Assembly (NCBI GenBank): GCA_964407615.1
Contig: CAYOWH010000005.1
Span: 7,121-71,120 of the forward strand
Direction of reading: 5' to 3'
DNA length: 64,000 nucleotides
Source of the DNA: an uncultured Bacteriovoracaceae bacterium
Lineage (GTDB): Bacteria; Bdellovibrionota; UBA2428
The position numbers and the translations under genes are program-made. Of this stretch, positions 55,730-64,000 are shown in pieces (the first letter of the stretch is position 1; the number at the start of each line of letters is the position of its first letter). The notes under the pieces are model-generated. The model searched no databases. It was not told where the DNA came from and saw only the letters and a program-made list of their open reading frames with translations.

Positions 55730-56692
55730 ATGGGTCTCCGTAAAAAAAACAAAAAACTCACTCAGTCCTCTCAGAAAACCATTAAAAAGGTCAATATTGT
55801 TAAGCCTTTAGCCCCTAAGCCAACCTTTGAATTAAAGGTGGGCTTAGCTCAAATGCTTAAGGGCGGGGTGATTATGGACGTTGTAAATGCAGAACAAGCG
55901 AAGATTGCTGAACAGGCGGGAGCCGTTGCGGTGATGGCTTTGGAGCGTGTTCCTTCTGATATTCGCAAAGAAGGAGGGGTCGCTCGTATGAGTCCTCCGG
56001 AGCTTGTCGAAAAAATCATGAGCTCTGTCAGTATACCTGTCATGGCAAAATGTCGTATTGGGCACTTTGCAGAAGCGCAAATTTTAGAAGCTCTTGGTGT
56101 TGATTTTATTGATGAATCAGAAGTTTTAACTCCTGCTGACGATGAATATCATATCTTCAAACATTCCTTTAAAGTTCCTTTTGTGTGTGGTTGCAAAAAC
56201 CTTGGTGAAGCTTTGAGACGTATTGGTGAGGGAGCGGCCCTTATTCGTACAAAAGGTGAACCAGGAACGGGCAATGTTGTGGAAGCCGTCAGGCATTTGC
56301 GACAAATTGCTCAAGACATTAAGCGTGTACGCATGCTTGATGAGGGTGAATTAATGACCGAAGCCAAAAATCTTGGAGCTCCTTTTGAGCTTTTGATGAA
56401 GGTGAAAAAATTAGGCAAACTTCCTGTTCCTAATTTCGCAGCGGGTGGTGTTGCAACTCCTGCGGATGCTGCTCTTTGTATGCAATTAGGTGCCGAAACA
56501 GTTTTTGTCGGCTCTGGTATTTTCAAATCTTCCTCGCCTGAGAAATTTGCAAAAGCGATTGTGAAAGCAGTTGCAGGCTTTGATCGACCAGACGAAGTAC
56601 TTGCTGCTTCAAGGAATTTGGATGCAGCTATGAGAGGGCTAGAAATTAAAACTCTTCCTCAAGAAGAATTGATGGCAGAACGCGGCTGGTAG
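55730..56692 (+). CDS. pdxS: Pyridoxal 5'-phosphate synthase lyase subunit PdxS
   Basis: Near-identical blocks to PdxS/SNZ: [44 protein letters not shown] and [14 protein letters not shown]. It carries a Lys-rich N-terminal extension of about 30 aa. Confidence 0.95.
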   Translation: MGLRKKNKKLTQSSQKTIKKVNIVKPLAPKPTFELKVGLAQMLKGGVIMDVVNAEQAKIAEQAGAVAVMALERVPSDIRKEGGVARMSPPELVEKIMSSVSIPVMAKCRIGHFAEAQILEALGVDFIDESEVLTPADDEYHIFKHSFKVPFVCGCKNLGEALRRIGEGAALIRTKGEPGTGNVVEAVRHLRQIAQDIKRVRMLDEGELMTEAKNLGAPFELLMKVKKLGKLPVPNFAAGGVATPADAALCMQLGAETVFVGSGIFKSSSPEKFAKAIVKAVAGFDRPDEVLAASRNLDAAMRGLEIKTLPQEELMAERGW

Positions 56693-56720
56693 ATCCTTAA
56701 TTCAAAGAGAAATAACTCGA

Positions 56721-57287
56721 ATGAGAATTGGTATTTTAGCTCTTCAAGGTTGTGTGGAGCCTCATAAAAAACATGTTGAGGCTCTGGGCGCGGAGCTTGT
56801 TGAAGTTCGTCGTGCGGAAGATTTTAAAAACATTGAAGGATTAATCCTTCCTGGTGGTGAGAGCACCACAATGCTTAAATTAATTGAGCACTTTCAAATT
56901 TGGGATGTCCTTAGAGAATATGCTGAAAAAATTCCTTATTGGGGAATTTGTGCGGGAAGCATTTTGATGGCTCTTCGAGTGAGCAATCCAAAACAAAAGT
57001 CATTAGGGCTCATGCATCTCGATGTGGAGCGAAATTCTTATGGGCGCCAAGTCGACAGTTTTGAAGAAAAGATCAGTTCCTATTCTGTTTCTTTTATTCG
57101 TGCACCTATGCTGAAAAAATTAGGAAAATCTTGCCACGTAAAAGCTTCTTCGAAGGGATCTCCTGTTTGGGTGAGTGAAGGAAAGCACATGGTGACAACT
57201 TTTCATCCCGAGCTTTCGCTCAAAACACCTTCACCTTTTCATAAGTATTTTGCAGAGCAAATCTCTCAAAATAAAAACTTAAAATAA
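56721..57287 (+). CDS. pdxT: Pyridoxal 5'-phosphate synthase glutaminase subunit PdxT
   Basis: IGILALQG, LILPGGESTT, GICAG (catalytic Cys) and FHPE. Length is 188 aa. Confidence 0.93.
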   Translation: MRIGILALQGCVEPHKKHVEALGAELVEVRRAEDFKNIEGLILPGGESTTMLKLIEHFQIWDVLREYAEKIPYWGICAGSILMALRVSNPKQKSLGLMHLDVERNSYGRQVDSFEEKISSYSVSFIRAPMLKKLGKSCHVKASSKGSPVWVSEGKHMVTTFHPELSLKTPSPFHKYFAEQISQNKNLK

Positions 57288-57288
57288 A

Positions 57289-58005
57289 TTAGAAATAAAA
57301 TTTCAAATAAGCTTTAGAAAAAATGCCGTGTTGGTTTTTTTGTTCAACCCGCATATCGTTATTGCCAACGTATGATTTAGTTCCTAGTTGATTAAAGCTA
57401 TATCCCGCTAAGAAATGAAGGGATGCATTTTCTGCCCACGAAAAACCAAAGCCTCCTGCTAAATGACCGCGCATGAACGGACCGCTGCTTTTGATGGTTG
57501 ATCCATTGAGGTTCGTATCTCGAACTTCAACCGAACCAAGGGCTGTTCCTACGGCAACTTCACCTTCAGGGGCCCATGATTTTCGCGGCATTCTGTAGCG
57601 AAACACTCCCATAACTGGATAGAGTTTGTACTGAGCTATGTTGAATTGTTTTGTGTTACCACTTCCCTGAATATATTGCTGTGTTTTGAAATTGTCGTAA
57701 CCAAGACTCAAGGCAACTTCCATTGAGCTGCTAAGTCCAAAAGATCCTTCAAAACCAAAACCTACTGGAACTTGAAAACGCATATCTTGCTGAGCACCAG
57801 AAACTCGAGCAGAGTAAGCACTCGAAAGAGGATAAGTACTTTCAGCATAAAAACCTATTCCAAAGACCCGATGCCCACCAATGGGTGTGATGACATCAGC
57901 AGAGTTTGCAGTTGTTTGAAAAAAAGGAGAGTTTTGTGCATTGGTTTTAAAGCAGGCAAAAAGAGTAAGAATTGCAATAACTTGCCGTAAAGAAAACCTT
58001 TTCAT
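57289..58005 (-). CDS. Outer-membrane beta-barrel protein (OmpA-like/OMP_b-brl family)
   Basis: Signal peptide, alternating amphipathic strands and the C-terminal OMP signature ...AYLKFYF (terminal Phe). Confidence 0.65.
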   Translation of the reverse strand: MKRFSLRQVIAILTLFACFKTNAQNSPFFQTTANSADVITPIGGHRVFGIGFYAESTYPLSSAYSARVSGAQQDMRFQVPVGFGFEGSFGLSSSMEVALSLGYDNFKTQQYIQGSGNTKQFNIAQYKLYPVMGVFRYRMPRKSWAPEGEVAVGTALGSVEVRDTNLNGSTIKSSGPFMRGHLAGGFGFSWAENASLHFLAGYSFNQLGTKSYVGNNDMRVEQKNQHGIFSKAYLKFYF

Positions 58006-58252
58006 AACTTAAGAATAAGTCAGGAATGAGACCCAGACAGCTAGCAAAGAGTCATGAATTTGACTTTTTTTATGTTGGGAATAACTGGAAGCTCAAAATT
58101 GTCGACGCTGTTTATCCTGTATTCAAAATTTTTAAATCTTTAGAGCCTTTTAAAGACCTCATAAAAGTTAAAAACCTCTTCTAGAGGCATCTGACAAGTT
58201 GCGATTCTTTTGCACGCTTATTGCACATAAACGTCTCTGGAGAAGGATTGCT

Positions 58253-58873
58253 ATGAAAATGAACGTCATGCCTAAAGCTGTTAAAACAAAAGAAATCAAA
58301 GTGAAAAAACCAGAATACGCTTTGCGTGTTTCCTCTGGGTTAACTCAAGGAGCTTTGGTTCCATTGAGTAAAAAGAAAAATATTTTGGGTCGTAGTTTTA
58401 GAGCTTGCCTTCCTCTTGAGGATGAACGCGTTTCACGTGAGCATGCACAAATTTTGATGAATGAAGGAAAGTTTTTTTTATCTGACATGGGTTCTACGAA
58501 TGGAACTTTCTTAAATAATGAAGAAGTCAAAGGTGAAATTGAAGTCAAGTCGGGCGATGTGATTCGAATAGGAAACAGTATATTTAGACTTGAAACAATG
58601 AAGTCAAAAGATCCTAGCTTTCAACAAAAGTGGAGAAGTGCAACTTCTGTCATTCAAAGAGCGCATTTTAGTTTCGACGAACTCGCCAAGATCAAGCCCA
58701 ATAAGAGACTGATGTTTAAGAGAAATATCAAAATGCTTTCTCAACTTATGGGACATATTAAAAGTGTAGCCTTTAAGGAATTAGAACTTGGTTTGATTCG
58801 AGTTGAGCTTTTGTTAACAAAAGGAATTTTTAAATTTCAAAAAGTTTTAACCCGCTTAGGTACGATTAAGTAG
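58253..58873 (+). CDS. FHA-domain protein
   Basis: ILGRS......L.DERVSREHAQILMNEGKFFLSDMGSTNGTFLNNEEV is the canonical FHA core (G-R...S-x-x-H...N-G). I chose the ATG at 58253 (MKMNVMPK); the C-terminal half is unassigned. Confidence 0.8.
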   Translation: MKMNVMPKAVKTKEIKVKKPEYALRVSSGLTQGALVPLSKKKNILGRSFRACLPLEDERVSREHAQILMNEGKFFLSDMGSTNGTFLNNEEVKGEIEVKSGDVIRIGNSIFRLETMKSKDPSFQQKWRSATSVIQRAHFSFDELAKIKPNKRLMFKRNIKMLSQLMGHIKSVAFKELELGLIRVELLLTKGIFKFQKVLTRLGTIK

Positions 58874-58889
58874 TGGGCTAAAAGCTCAC

Positions 58890-59942
58890 TCATTTTTTTA
58901 GTTGAAATTTTTGAACATTTCGATTGTGAGTAGCATAGTCTTTCGCAAACTCATGAGTTCCATCTCCGCGTCCTACAAAATATAAAAATTCAGAGGCTGC
59001 TGGATGAAGAACAGCTCGAAGGGCTTTTTCTCCAGGATTACAAATTGGCCCCACAGGAAGTTCTGGAATCGTGTAGGTGTTGTAAATAGAAAAGGTTTGT
59101 AGATGAATTTTTTTAAGATTTCCATCAAAGTTTGGCATCAAACCATAAATAGTTGTGGGATCTGACTGAAGGCGCATTTTTTTATTTAAACGATTCCAAA
59201 AAACAGAAGCTACGAGAGGTTGCTCCTCACTTTTGCCTGTTTCTTTTTCTACAACAGAAGCGAGTGTTAAAAGCCGGTAAAAACCGAGAGGTGTTTGTGA
59301 CCAAGGATGTTGGCTCAGGATTGGTCGGGCTCTTTTTTCAAATTGAGAAAGCATTTCTTCTATGATGGTTTTCGGAGAATCGTATTTTTGAAAATTGTAA
59401 GTCTCTGGAAAAAGATAGCCCTCAAGACTCATAAAGTTCGAATGATTTTTGAGATTTTCGAGATGATTTAATGAAAGAATTTCATTTTCATTTGGAATAA
59501 GCGCTTTTTTTAGAAATTCAGAGTTTTGGAGAAGCTTGAAGAACTCTTGGCGATCAAAGTTTTTGAGTGTTTGAGCCCATGAGTCTGCAATATCCCACTT
59601 GTTGTGTCCTTCTTTAATTAACAAGGAATGTTGAATTCCTTTGGCGGAGCTAAGTTCTTTCAATATTTCAAGAGAGGAGAGTTGAGGCCTAAGAAGAAAT
59701 TCTCCGGCTTTTATTTTTCGATCAAAATGAAAAATTTTTGAGGATATCTTTGCTCCTAATTCAGATATTTGAATTCCATTTTTTGATAAAATTTTGAGCA
59801 AGCCATTAAAAGAAGTTCCAGGTGGAATATCGATAACAAGTTCTTTTTGAAGAGAAGGATTAGGGGAGTGATAAAAATCAAAAGCTTGGTAGGTAGCTGT
59901 TCCAAAAAAAACAAGGATTAAAAGAAGAAGGGTTTGTCTCAT
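58890..59942 (-). CDS. mltG: Endolytic murein transglycosylase MltG (YceG)
   Basis: N-terminal TM and YceG blocks (LTLASVVEKETG, QSDPTTIYG, YNTY, GPICNPG). Confidence 0.9.
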   Translation of the reverse strand: MRQTLLLLILVFFGTATYQAFDFYHSPNPSLQKELVIDIPPGTSFNGLLKILSKNGIQISELGAKISSKIFHFDRKIKAGEFLLRPQLSSLEILKELSSAKGIQHSLLIKEGHNKWDIADSWAQTLKNFDRQEFFKLLQNSEFLKKALIPNENEILSLNHLENLKNHSNFMSLEGYLFPETYNFQKYDSPKTIIEEMLSQFEKRARPILSQHPWSQTPLGFYRLLTLASVVEKETGKSEEQPLVASVFWNRLNKKMRLQSDPTTIYGLMPNFDGNLKKIHLQTFSIYNTYTIPELPVGPICNPGEKALRAVLHPAASEFLYFVGRGDGTHEFAKDYATHNRNVQKFQLKK

Positions 59943-60361
59943 TTTTTCCTCTCGTAGTTGGGTTTTTGCTCGTGAAAATAATTTTTTAAAATCAGGGCAG
60001 CAGCCTGTGCATGTTGATTGTGGGGTGATTTGTTGGCTTCCCAGCTCGTAAGGTATTCGTCTACGAGCGAAACGGGAAGGGCGAATTCTTTTGTAAGTGT
60101 TTCTTTGAGGTTCGAGGCTTTGACCAAAAGCTCATCAGTGTGCGAAGAGTGAGTGAGGGAAAGGCCTATGATAATTGTTTCGATTTCCCATTCAGAAATA
60201 ATTTTTTTTAATTCTTTTTTATCTTTTTCAAAAAGTTCCCAAGTTTTTTCCTTAGGAATTTTTCTTTCAAAAAAGCCTCTTGGAGTAATAACTAGGCCGT
60301 CGGGGCTCGCGGTTGCAAAACCGACAAAACGGGCTCCCCAATCCAAACCCAGAACGGCCAT
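59939..60361 (-). CDS. ruvX: Putative pre-16S rRNA nuclease / Holliday junction resolvase-like RuvX (YqgF)
   Basis: MAVLGLDWGARFVGFA (the D-x-G motif of the RNase H-like YqgF fold). Length is 140 aa. A 4-nt overlap joins it to mltG. Confidence 0.88.
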   Translation of the reverse strand: MAVLGLDWGARFVGFATASPDGLVITPRGFFERKIPKEKTWELFEKDKKELKKIISEWEIETIIIGLSLTHSSHTDELLVKASNLKETLTKEFALPVSLVDEYLTSWEANKSPHNQHAQAAALILKNYFHEQKPNYERKK

Positions 60362-60363
60362 GT

Positions 60364-62049
60364 TTATTTTCCGAATATTTTGAGCGTATTTGAAAAAATA
60401 TTTAATTTTGAAAGATCGTTAAAAGTTACAAAGAGGGCCAGACCAATCAGCATAAAAGCTCCAACAGTTGCCCATCCTTCAATGATTTTGTAAGGAATAG
60501 GTCTGCGTATAATTCCCTCAATGGCAAAAAGAACAATATGACCTCCATCAAGTACGGGAAGTGGCATTAGATTAAGTATGCAAAGATTGAGCGAAATAAA
60601 TGCGAGCATTTTCATAAAAGCATCAAAGCCTAGCTTGAGACTTTCTCCAGCAATCTTACCAATCATGACAGGTCCGCCCATAGCTTTCATGGAGACTTTA
60701 CCCGTAGCTAAAAAGACAAAACTCTCAAGAATAGAGGCCGACATGTTCCATGTTTTCATGGCCGCGAGTTGTATTCCGTCAGTGAAGCCTTTGGCTTGAA
60801 CTTTTTCAAAAGAAGCATCGCCAATGCCCACAAACATAGCGCCTAATTGAAATTTCTTTTCTTTGACTTGTGTGATGGGATTTTCATTTTCTACATATTG
60901 AGGGGTAAAGCTTCCTTCTTTAAGCTGCCCATCGCGAATCCATTTGAGATGGAGAGTTTCGTGAGAGGCTGCAACTTCTTGCAAGCGATTTTTAAATTGA
61001 AAGAAAGTCCAGACGGGTTGTTTGTTTAGTTCTTTAAGGATGTCGCCTTTTTGAAGACCGAGCTTGGACGCAGCTGATCCGTCGAGTATCTGAGTAATCA
61101 TTAAATGCGCAGGTATAAAACCGTAACTCGCGAGAGTTGATTTTTGAGGTGCGATTATTTCAACCGTCTCGGGACCAGTTTGTTTTTCGTTTTGCGTGTC
61201 TAAGAAGTGAACGACAAGAGCTAGAGGTTGTTGTTTTTCAGAGCTGAGCTTCCATGCTTTTTCTAATTGATAAATGGAATCTACGTCTGTTTTTTGGTTT
61301 TCGATTTTAACAGATTCAACAATAAAAAAACTTTTAGAATATTTTTTTGAGAGTTCTGATTTTTTTTGAACTGAAAAAACAGGAGGGTAAGACTGAAATT
61401 CAACTCCTGTAAGAGTGACGGATTCTCTCTCGATTCCAGTAAGAGAGTCGCTCATTTTGCCAACTTGACCTTGGAGTGAAATTTCCTGAATGGCAGCATC
61501 TCGTTCGATTTTTATTTTAAAAGAGCCTTCTTTGCTATTTCTTAAGAATCTTTGAAGGTCTGAAAGTTCTCTAACATTTTGTTGAGCTTGAGTGCTTTGA
61601 ATACTTAAGACTTTATCTCCAGGTAGAATACCTGCTTGAGCTGCAGGGCTATTAGGATGGACAAAGTGAATCGTTGCGCTAGGAGAAGGAAAGCCTTTCG
61701 TGAAAAGAAACCAAAAGACTAAAAAAGTAAGAATAAAATTAGCGGCTGGTCCTGCGATCACAACGGCAAAACGTTTGGCAAGTGACATTCTTGAAAAGCT
61801 ACGGTGCTTTTCTTCATCTGGAACATCTTCTTGAGGATCTTGGCCCATAATGTTCACGTATCCACCAAAGGGAACGAGGCTAAGCGCATACTCTGTTTCA
61901 CCTCTTGTGAATTTAAAAAGCTTGGGACCCATACCAATAGAGAAGGTTTTGACTTTCATCCCACAAAGTTTCGCGACATAAAAGTGCCCGAATTCATGAA
62001 TAAAAACTAAGATTCCAAGAAGAAGAATAATTCCTGCTATGTAATACAT
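60364..62049 (-). CDS. rseP: RIP metalloprotease RseP (site-2 protease, M50)
   Basis: HEFGHF in TM1, PDZ-type regions (AAQAGILPGDKVLSI; ASKLGLQKGDILKEL) and a C-terminal NLMPLPVLDGGH motif. At 561 aa it has an enlarged periplasmic PDZ region. Confidence 0.9.
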   Translation of the reverse strand: MYYIAGIILLLGILVFIHEFGHFYVAKLCGMKVKTFSIGMGPKLFKFTRGETEYALSLVPFGGYVNIMGQDPQEDVPDEEKHRSFSRMSLAKRFAVVIAGPAANFILTFLVFWFLFTKGFPSPSATIHFVHPNSPAAQAGILPGDKVLSIQSTQAQQNVRELSDLQRFLRNSKEGSFKIKIERDAAIQEISLQGQVGKMSDSLTGIERESVTLTGVEFQSYPPVFSVQKKSELSKKYSKSFFIVESVKIENQKTDVDSIYQLEKAWKLSSEKQQPLALVVHFLDTQNEKQTGPETVEIIAPQKSTLASYGFIPAHLMITQILDGSAASKLGLQKGDILKELNKQPVWTFFQFKNRLQEVAASHETLHLKWIRDGQLKEGSFTPQYVENENPITQVKEKKFQLGAMFVGIGDASFEKVQAKGFTDGIQLAAMKTWNMSASILESFVFLATGKVSMKAMGGPVMIGKIAGESLKLGFDAFMKMLAFISLNLCILNLMPLPVLDGGHIVLFAIEGIIRRPIPYKIIEGWATVGAFMLIGLALFVTFNDLSKLNIFSNTLKIFGK

Positions 62050-62099
62050 GTCATGTTCCTCTCATATGAATATAGCGTGTCTCTTTGAGAAAGTATAAA

Positions 62100-62951
62100 T
62101 TAACTTTGAACGAAGATAAAATAAGCAAGAGGGAGCGTAAAAGCCAGGCCATCGATCCGATCGAGGATTCCCCCGTGACCAGGAATAAGGTCTCCGGAGT
62201 CTTTAACTCCTGAAACGCGTTTGAAGAAGCTTTCAAAAAAATCTCCCCCTTGAGCTAAGGGAGCAGCAAAAAGAGTAAAAAATAAGATTTTAGCAAATGG
62301 CATGGGTGGCTGTTTGTAAGCATGCCAAGCAATTGTAAAAATAGCAGCAAATATCCAAGATCCAGCAAGGCCCGCAAGAGCCCCCTCGATTGTTTTTTTA
62401 GGAGAAACGATTGGCCACAAAGGGCGAGTGCCATATCGACGCCCTACAATGTAGGCGCAAACATCACTTCCAAAGACGACCACAAAAGTGAGCAAGATGA
62501 CACCTTTTCCATATGGTAGTTTTGCATTTTGTAAGAGGGGGCCAAAAAAAGCTGAAAGGAAAAAGATGTAGAGAAGTCCTGCAAAATAAAAAGTTTGTTC
62601 GTTTAAAAGAGTGGAAAGGGGTTTGCTTTGAGGTTTTTTTTGAACAATTGAAGTGGAATCAATCACAAGAAAAACAAGAGAGAGAACCCAAAAAATATAA
62701 ACCCAGCGGATATGAACATAATTTGAAAGAAAAGAATCAACGATCGAAAGATTGATAGCAATAATTCCTACAATGCTTTTGAGAGATCGGGGATGAAAAT
62801 TAAAGATTTTAAGATATTCAAACCATCCAATAAAAGCGCATAGACACAAAACCCCCACTAAAATCTTAGGATTCATTCCAAAAAGCATCCAAAGCGCAAG
62901 ACCCGCAAGGATAATCCCAACAAGTGTGCGTGTGCGAGTTTCTTTAGACAT
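62100..62951 (-). CDS. cdsA: Phosphatidate cytidylyltransferase
   Basis: C-terminal signature SFFKRVSGVKDSGDLIPGHGGILDRIDG. Polytopic protein. Confidence 0.9.
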   Translation of the reverse strand: MSKETRTRTLVGIILAGLALWMLFGMNPKILVGVLCLCAFIGWFEYLKIFNFHPRSLKSIVGIIAINLSIVDSFLSNYVHIRWVYIFWVLSLVFLVIDSTSIVQKKPQSKPLSTLLNEQTFYFAGLLYIFFLSAFFGPLLQNAKLPYGKGVILLTFVVVFGSDVCAYIVGRRYGTRPLWPIVSPKKTIEGALAGLAGSWIFAAIFTIAWHAYKQPPMPFAKILFFTLFAAPLAQGGDFFESFFKRVSGVKDSGDLIPGHGGILDRIDGLAFTLPLAYFIFVQS

Positions 62952-63723
62952 GGGGAATTTCTTTTTTTGAATCCTGCGTAGAGGTCGTATCCGTCGTTGA
63001 AGTTGAGTTTTTTACTCCTCCAAATCGTCTGTCTCGGTTTGAAAAATATTCACATGCTTTACGCAGGTCTTCTCGTTTAAATTCAGGCCAAAGCTTATCG
63101 ATCACATAAAATTCAGCATAAGCAGACTGCCAAAGCATAAAGTTAGAAATTCTAAATTCTCCACTTGTGCGAATGATGAGATCGGGATCGATTACTTCTT
63201 TTGTGTAGAGATGTTGAGAAAAGAGTTCTTCAGTAATCTCTTCAGGCTTAATTTTACCTTCTTGAACAAGAGTGGCTGTTTCTTGTGCAGCCTTTAGAAT
63301 ATCGAGCCTGCCTCCGTAGCTCACCATAAAATTAAGTGAAAGCCCTGTATTGTTCTTGGTAAGTTCAGAGGCAATATCGAGTTGTTTTCTAAGTCTTTCA
63401 GGAGCGCGGTGATATTGTCCAAAAACACGAATCTTGATGTTGAGCTTGTGCATTCTCTCCATTTGCGATTCGGCAAATTTGTACATCAAATCCATGAGAA
63501 AATTGACTTCATCATCGGGCCGTTTCCAGTTTTCAGTTGAAAAGCAAAAAAGAGAAAGAGCTTTCAGGTTTAGAGCAATTGCTTCTTCCACAACGGACAT
63601 CACAAGATCGGCGCCTTGAATATGACCTTGAACGCGCTTCCAGCCACGAGTGTTTGCCCAGCGGCCATTTCCATCCATGATGATTCCCACATGTTGTGGC
63701 CAAATCGTTTTTGTTGAACTCAA
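62944..63723 (-). CDS. uppS: Isoprenyl transferase (undecaprenyl diphosphate synthase)
   Basis: HVGIIMDGNGRWA, FSTENWKRP and IRTSGE.R.SNF.LWQ. The TTG start overlaps the frr stop. Confidence 0.95.
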   Translation of the reverse strand: MSSTKTIWPQHVGIIMDGNGRWANTRGWKRVQGHIQGADLVMSVVEEAIALNLKALSLFCFSTENWKRPDDEVNFLMDLMYKFAESQMERMHKLNIKIRVFGQYHRAPERLRKQLDIASELTKNNTGLSLNFMVSYGGRLDILKAAQETATLVQEGKIKPEEITEELFSQHLYTKEVIDPDLIIRTSGEFRISNFMLWQSAYAEFYVIDKLWPEFKREDLRKACEYFSNRDRRFGGVKNSTSTTDTTSTQDSKKEIPHV

Positions 63724-64000
63724 ACGGTGAGCACCTCTTTGCTCTTTGCTTCGATGATTGCATCAACCTGAGTTGTGCATTCGTCTGTTAATTTTTGAAC
63801 TTGATCTTGGTTTTTCTTTTGAAGATCTTCTCCAAGGCTTTTGTCAGCTTTAATCAGTTCGTTGGCGTCACGACGAGCATTGCGTACGTGAACCTTACAA
63901 TCTTCGCCAAGTTTTTTTACGGTTTTAACGATTTCCTTACGTCGATCTTCACTCAGGGCAGGAATGTTGAGACGAATTAATTTACCATCAACTTGGGGAG
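63720..64000 (-). CDS. frr: Ribosome recycling factor, C-terminal part (5' end beyond window)
   Basis: Minus-strand translation gives ...IPALSEDRRKEIVKTVKKLGEDCKVHVRNARRDANELIKADKSLGEDLQKKNQDQVQKLTDECTTQVDAIIEAKSKEVLTV*, a typical Frr C-terminus. The stop TGA is at 63722..63720. Confidence 0.9.
   Translation of the reverse strand, partial: PQVDGKLIRLNIPALSEDRRKEIVKTVKKLGEDCKVHVRNARRDANELIKADKSLGEDLQKKNQDQVQKLTDECTTQVDAIIEAKSKEVLTV

Noticed and set aside
58210-58226. Sigma-54-like motif TTGCAC-gctta-TTGCAC about 27 nt upstream of the FHA gene ATG
   Set aside because: The spacing and the -12 TTGCA fit, but the near-invariant -24 GG dinucleotide is TG here. Without the GG I do not call it a sigma-54 promoter. 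It would be worth testing only if RNA-seq shows rpoN dependence.

Overview
This is a 64-kb chromosomal segment from a low-GC (by eye roughly 35-40%), tightly packed Gram-negative genome. The Gram-negative call rests on an Mla/MCE lipid-transport operon, an OprO/P-type porin, beta-barrel OMPs and lipobox lipoproteins. The many orphan secreted proteins and the terminator-poor layout resemble Bdellovibrionota/Oligoflexia-like genomes; that is inference only.

I support about 68 protein genes and 3 tRNAs (Asp-GTC, Val-GAC, Met/Ile2-CAT). In map order:
- 5'-truncated OafA-like acyltransferase, then rfbA-rfbC-SDR-rfbB
- secreted class-3 lipase plus an orphan partner, and a tandem CDGSH protein
- katG, htpX, terC
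- NhaR-like LysR, HPF-like protein, beta-carbonic anhydrase, YoaK
- ZrgABC-like metal-uptake ABC cluster
- BacNav-like channel plus DUF3592
- DUF2071 fusion, Cys-rich protein, Sel1 protein
- two GT2 genes flanking a di-haem cytochrome c
- tRNA cluster
- SGNH hydrolase, RluF-like synthase, DUF503, PrpD-family protein
- lipoprotein-mlaEFD, DHH phosphoesterase, M32 carboxypeptidase
- a sulfur-type island: SBP-porin-ABC importer, divergent sigma-54 activator, sat/cysC fusion, cysQ
- ALDH, SirB1-like protein
- 911-aa Wzz/BY-kinase-like protein plus a 539-aa orphan
- pdxST, an OMP, an FHA protein
- mltG-ruvX-rseP-cdsA-uppS-frr

I saw no rRNA, CRISPR array, IS/transposase, integrase, prophage or recognisable defence system.

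No single locus is demonstrably a new system. The most promising unexplained ones are:
1. An exact sigma-54 promoter driving an SBP-porin-ABC operon, under a sensor-domain-less bEBP, next to a PAPS-synthesis module with no reductase.
2. A 911-aa PCP/BY-kinase-like protein with degenerate Walker motifs and an internally duplicated coiled-coil, paired with a 539-aa orphan.
3. A voltage-gated-channel homologue with a non-canonical LLQDV filter, translationally coupled to a DUF3592 protein.
4. A lipoprotein coupled to mlaEFD behind a G9 tract.
5. A di-haem cytochrome c separated from its signal peptide by a frameshift in a T6 run.

All functional calls come from motif recognition by eye. No database search was run.
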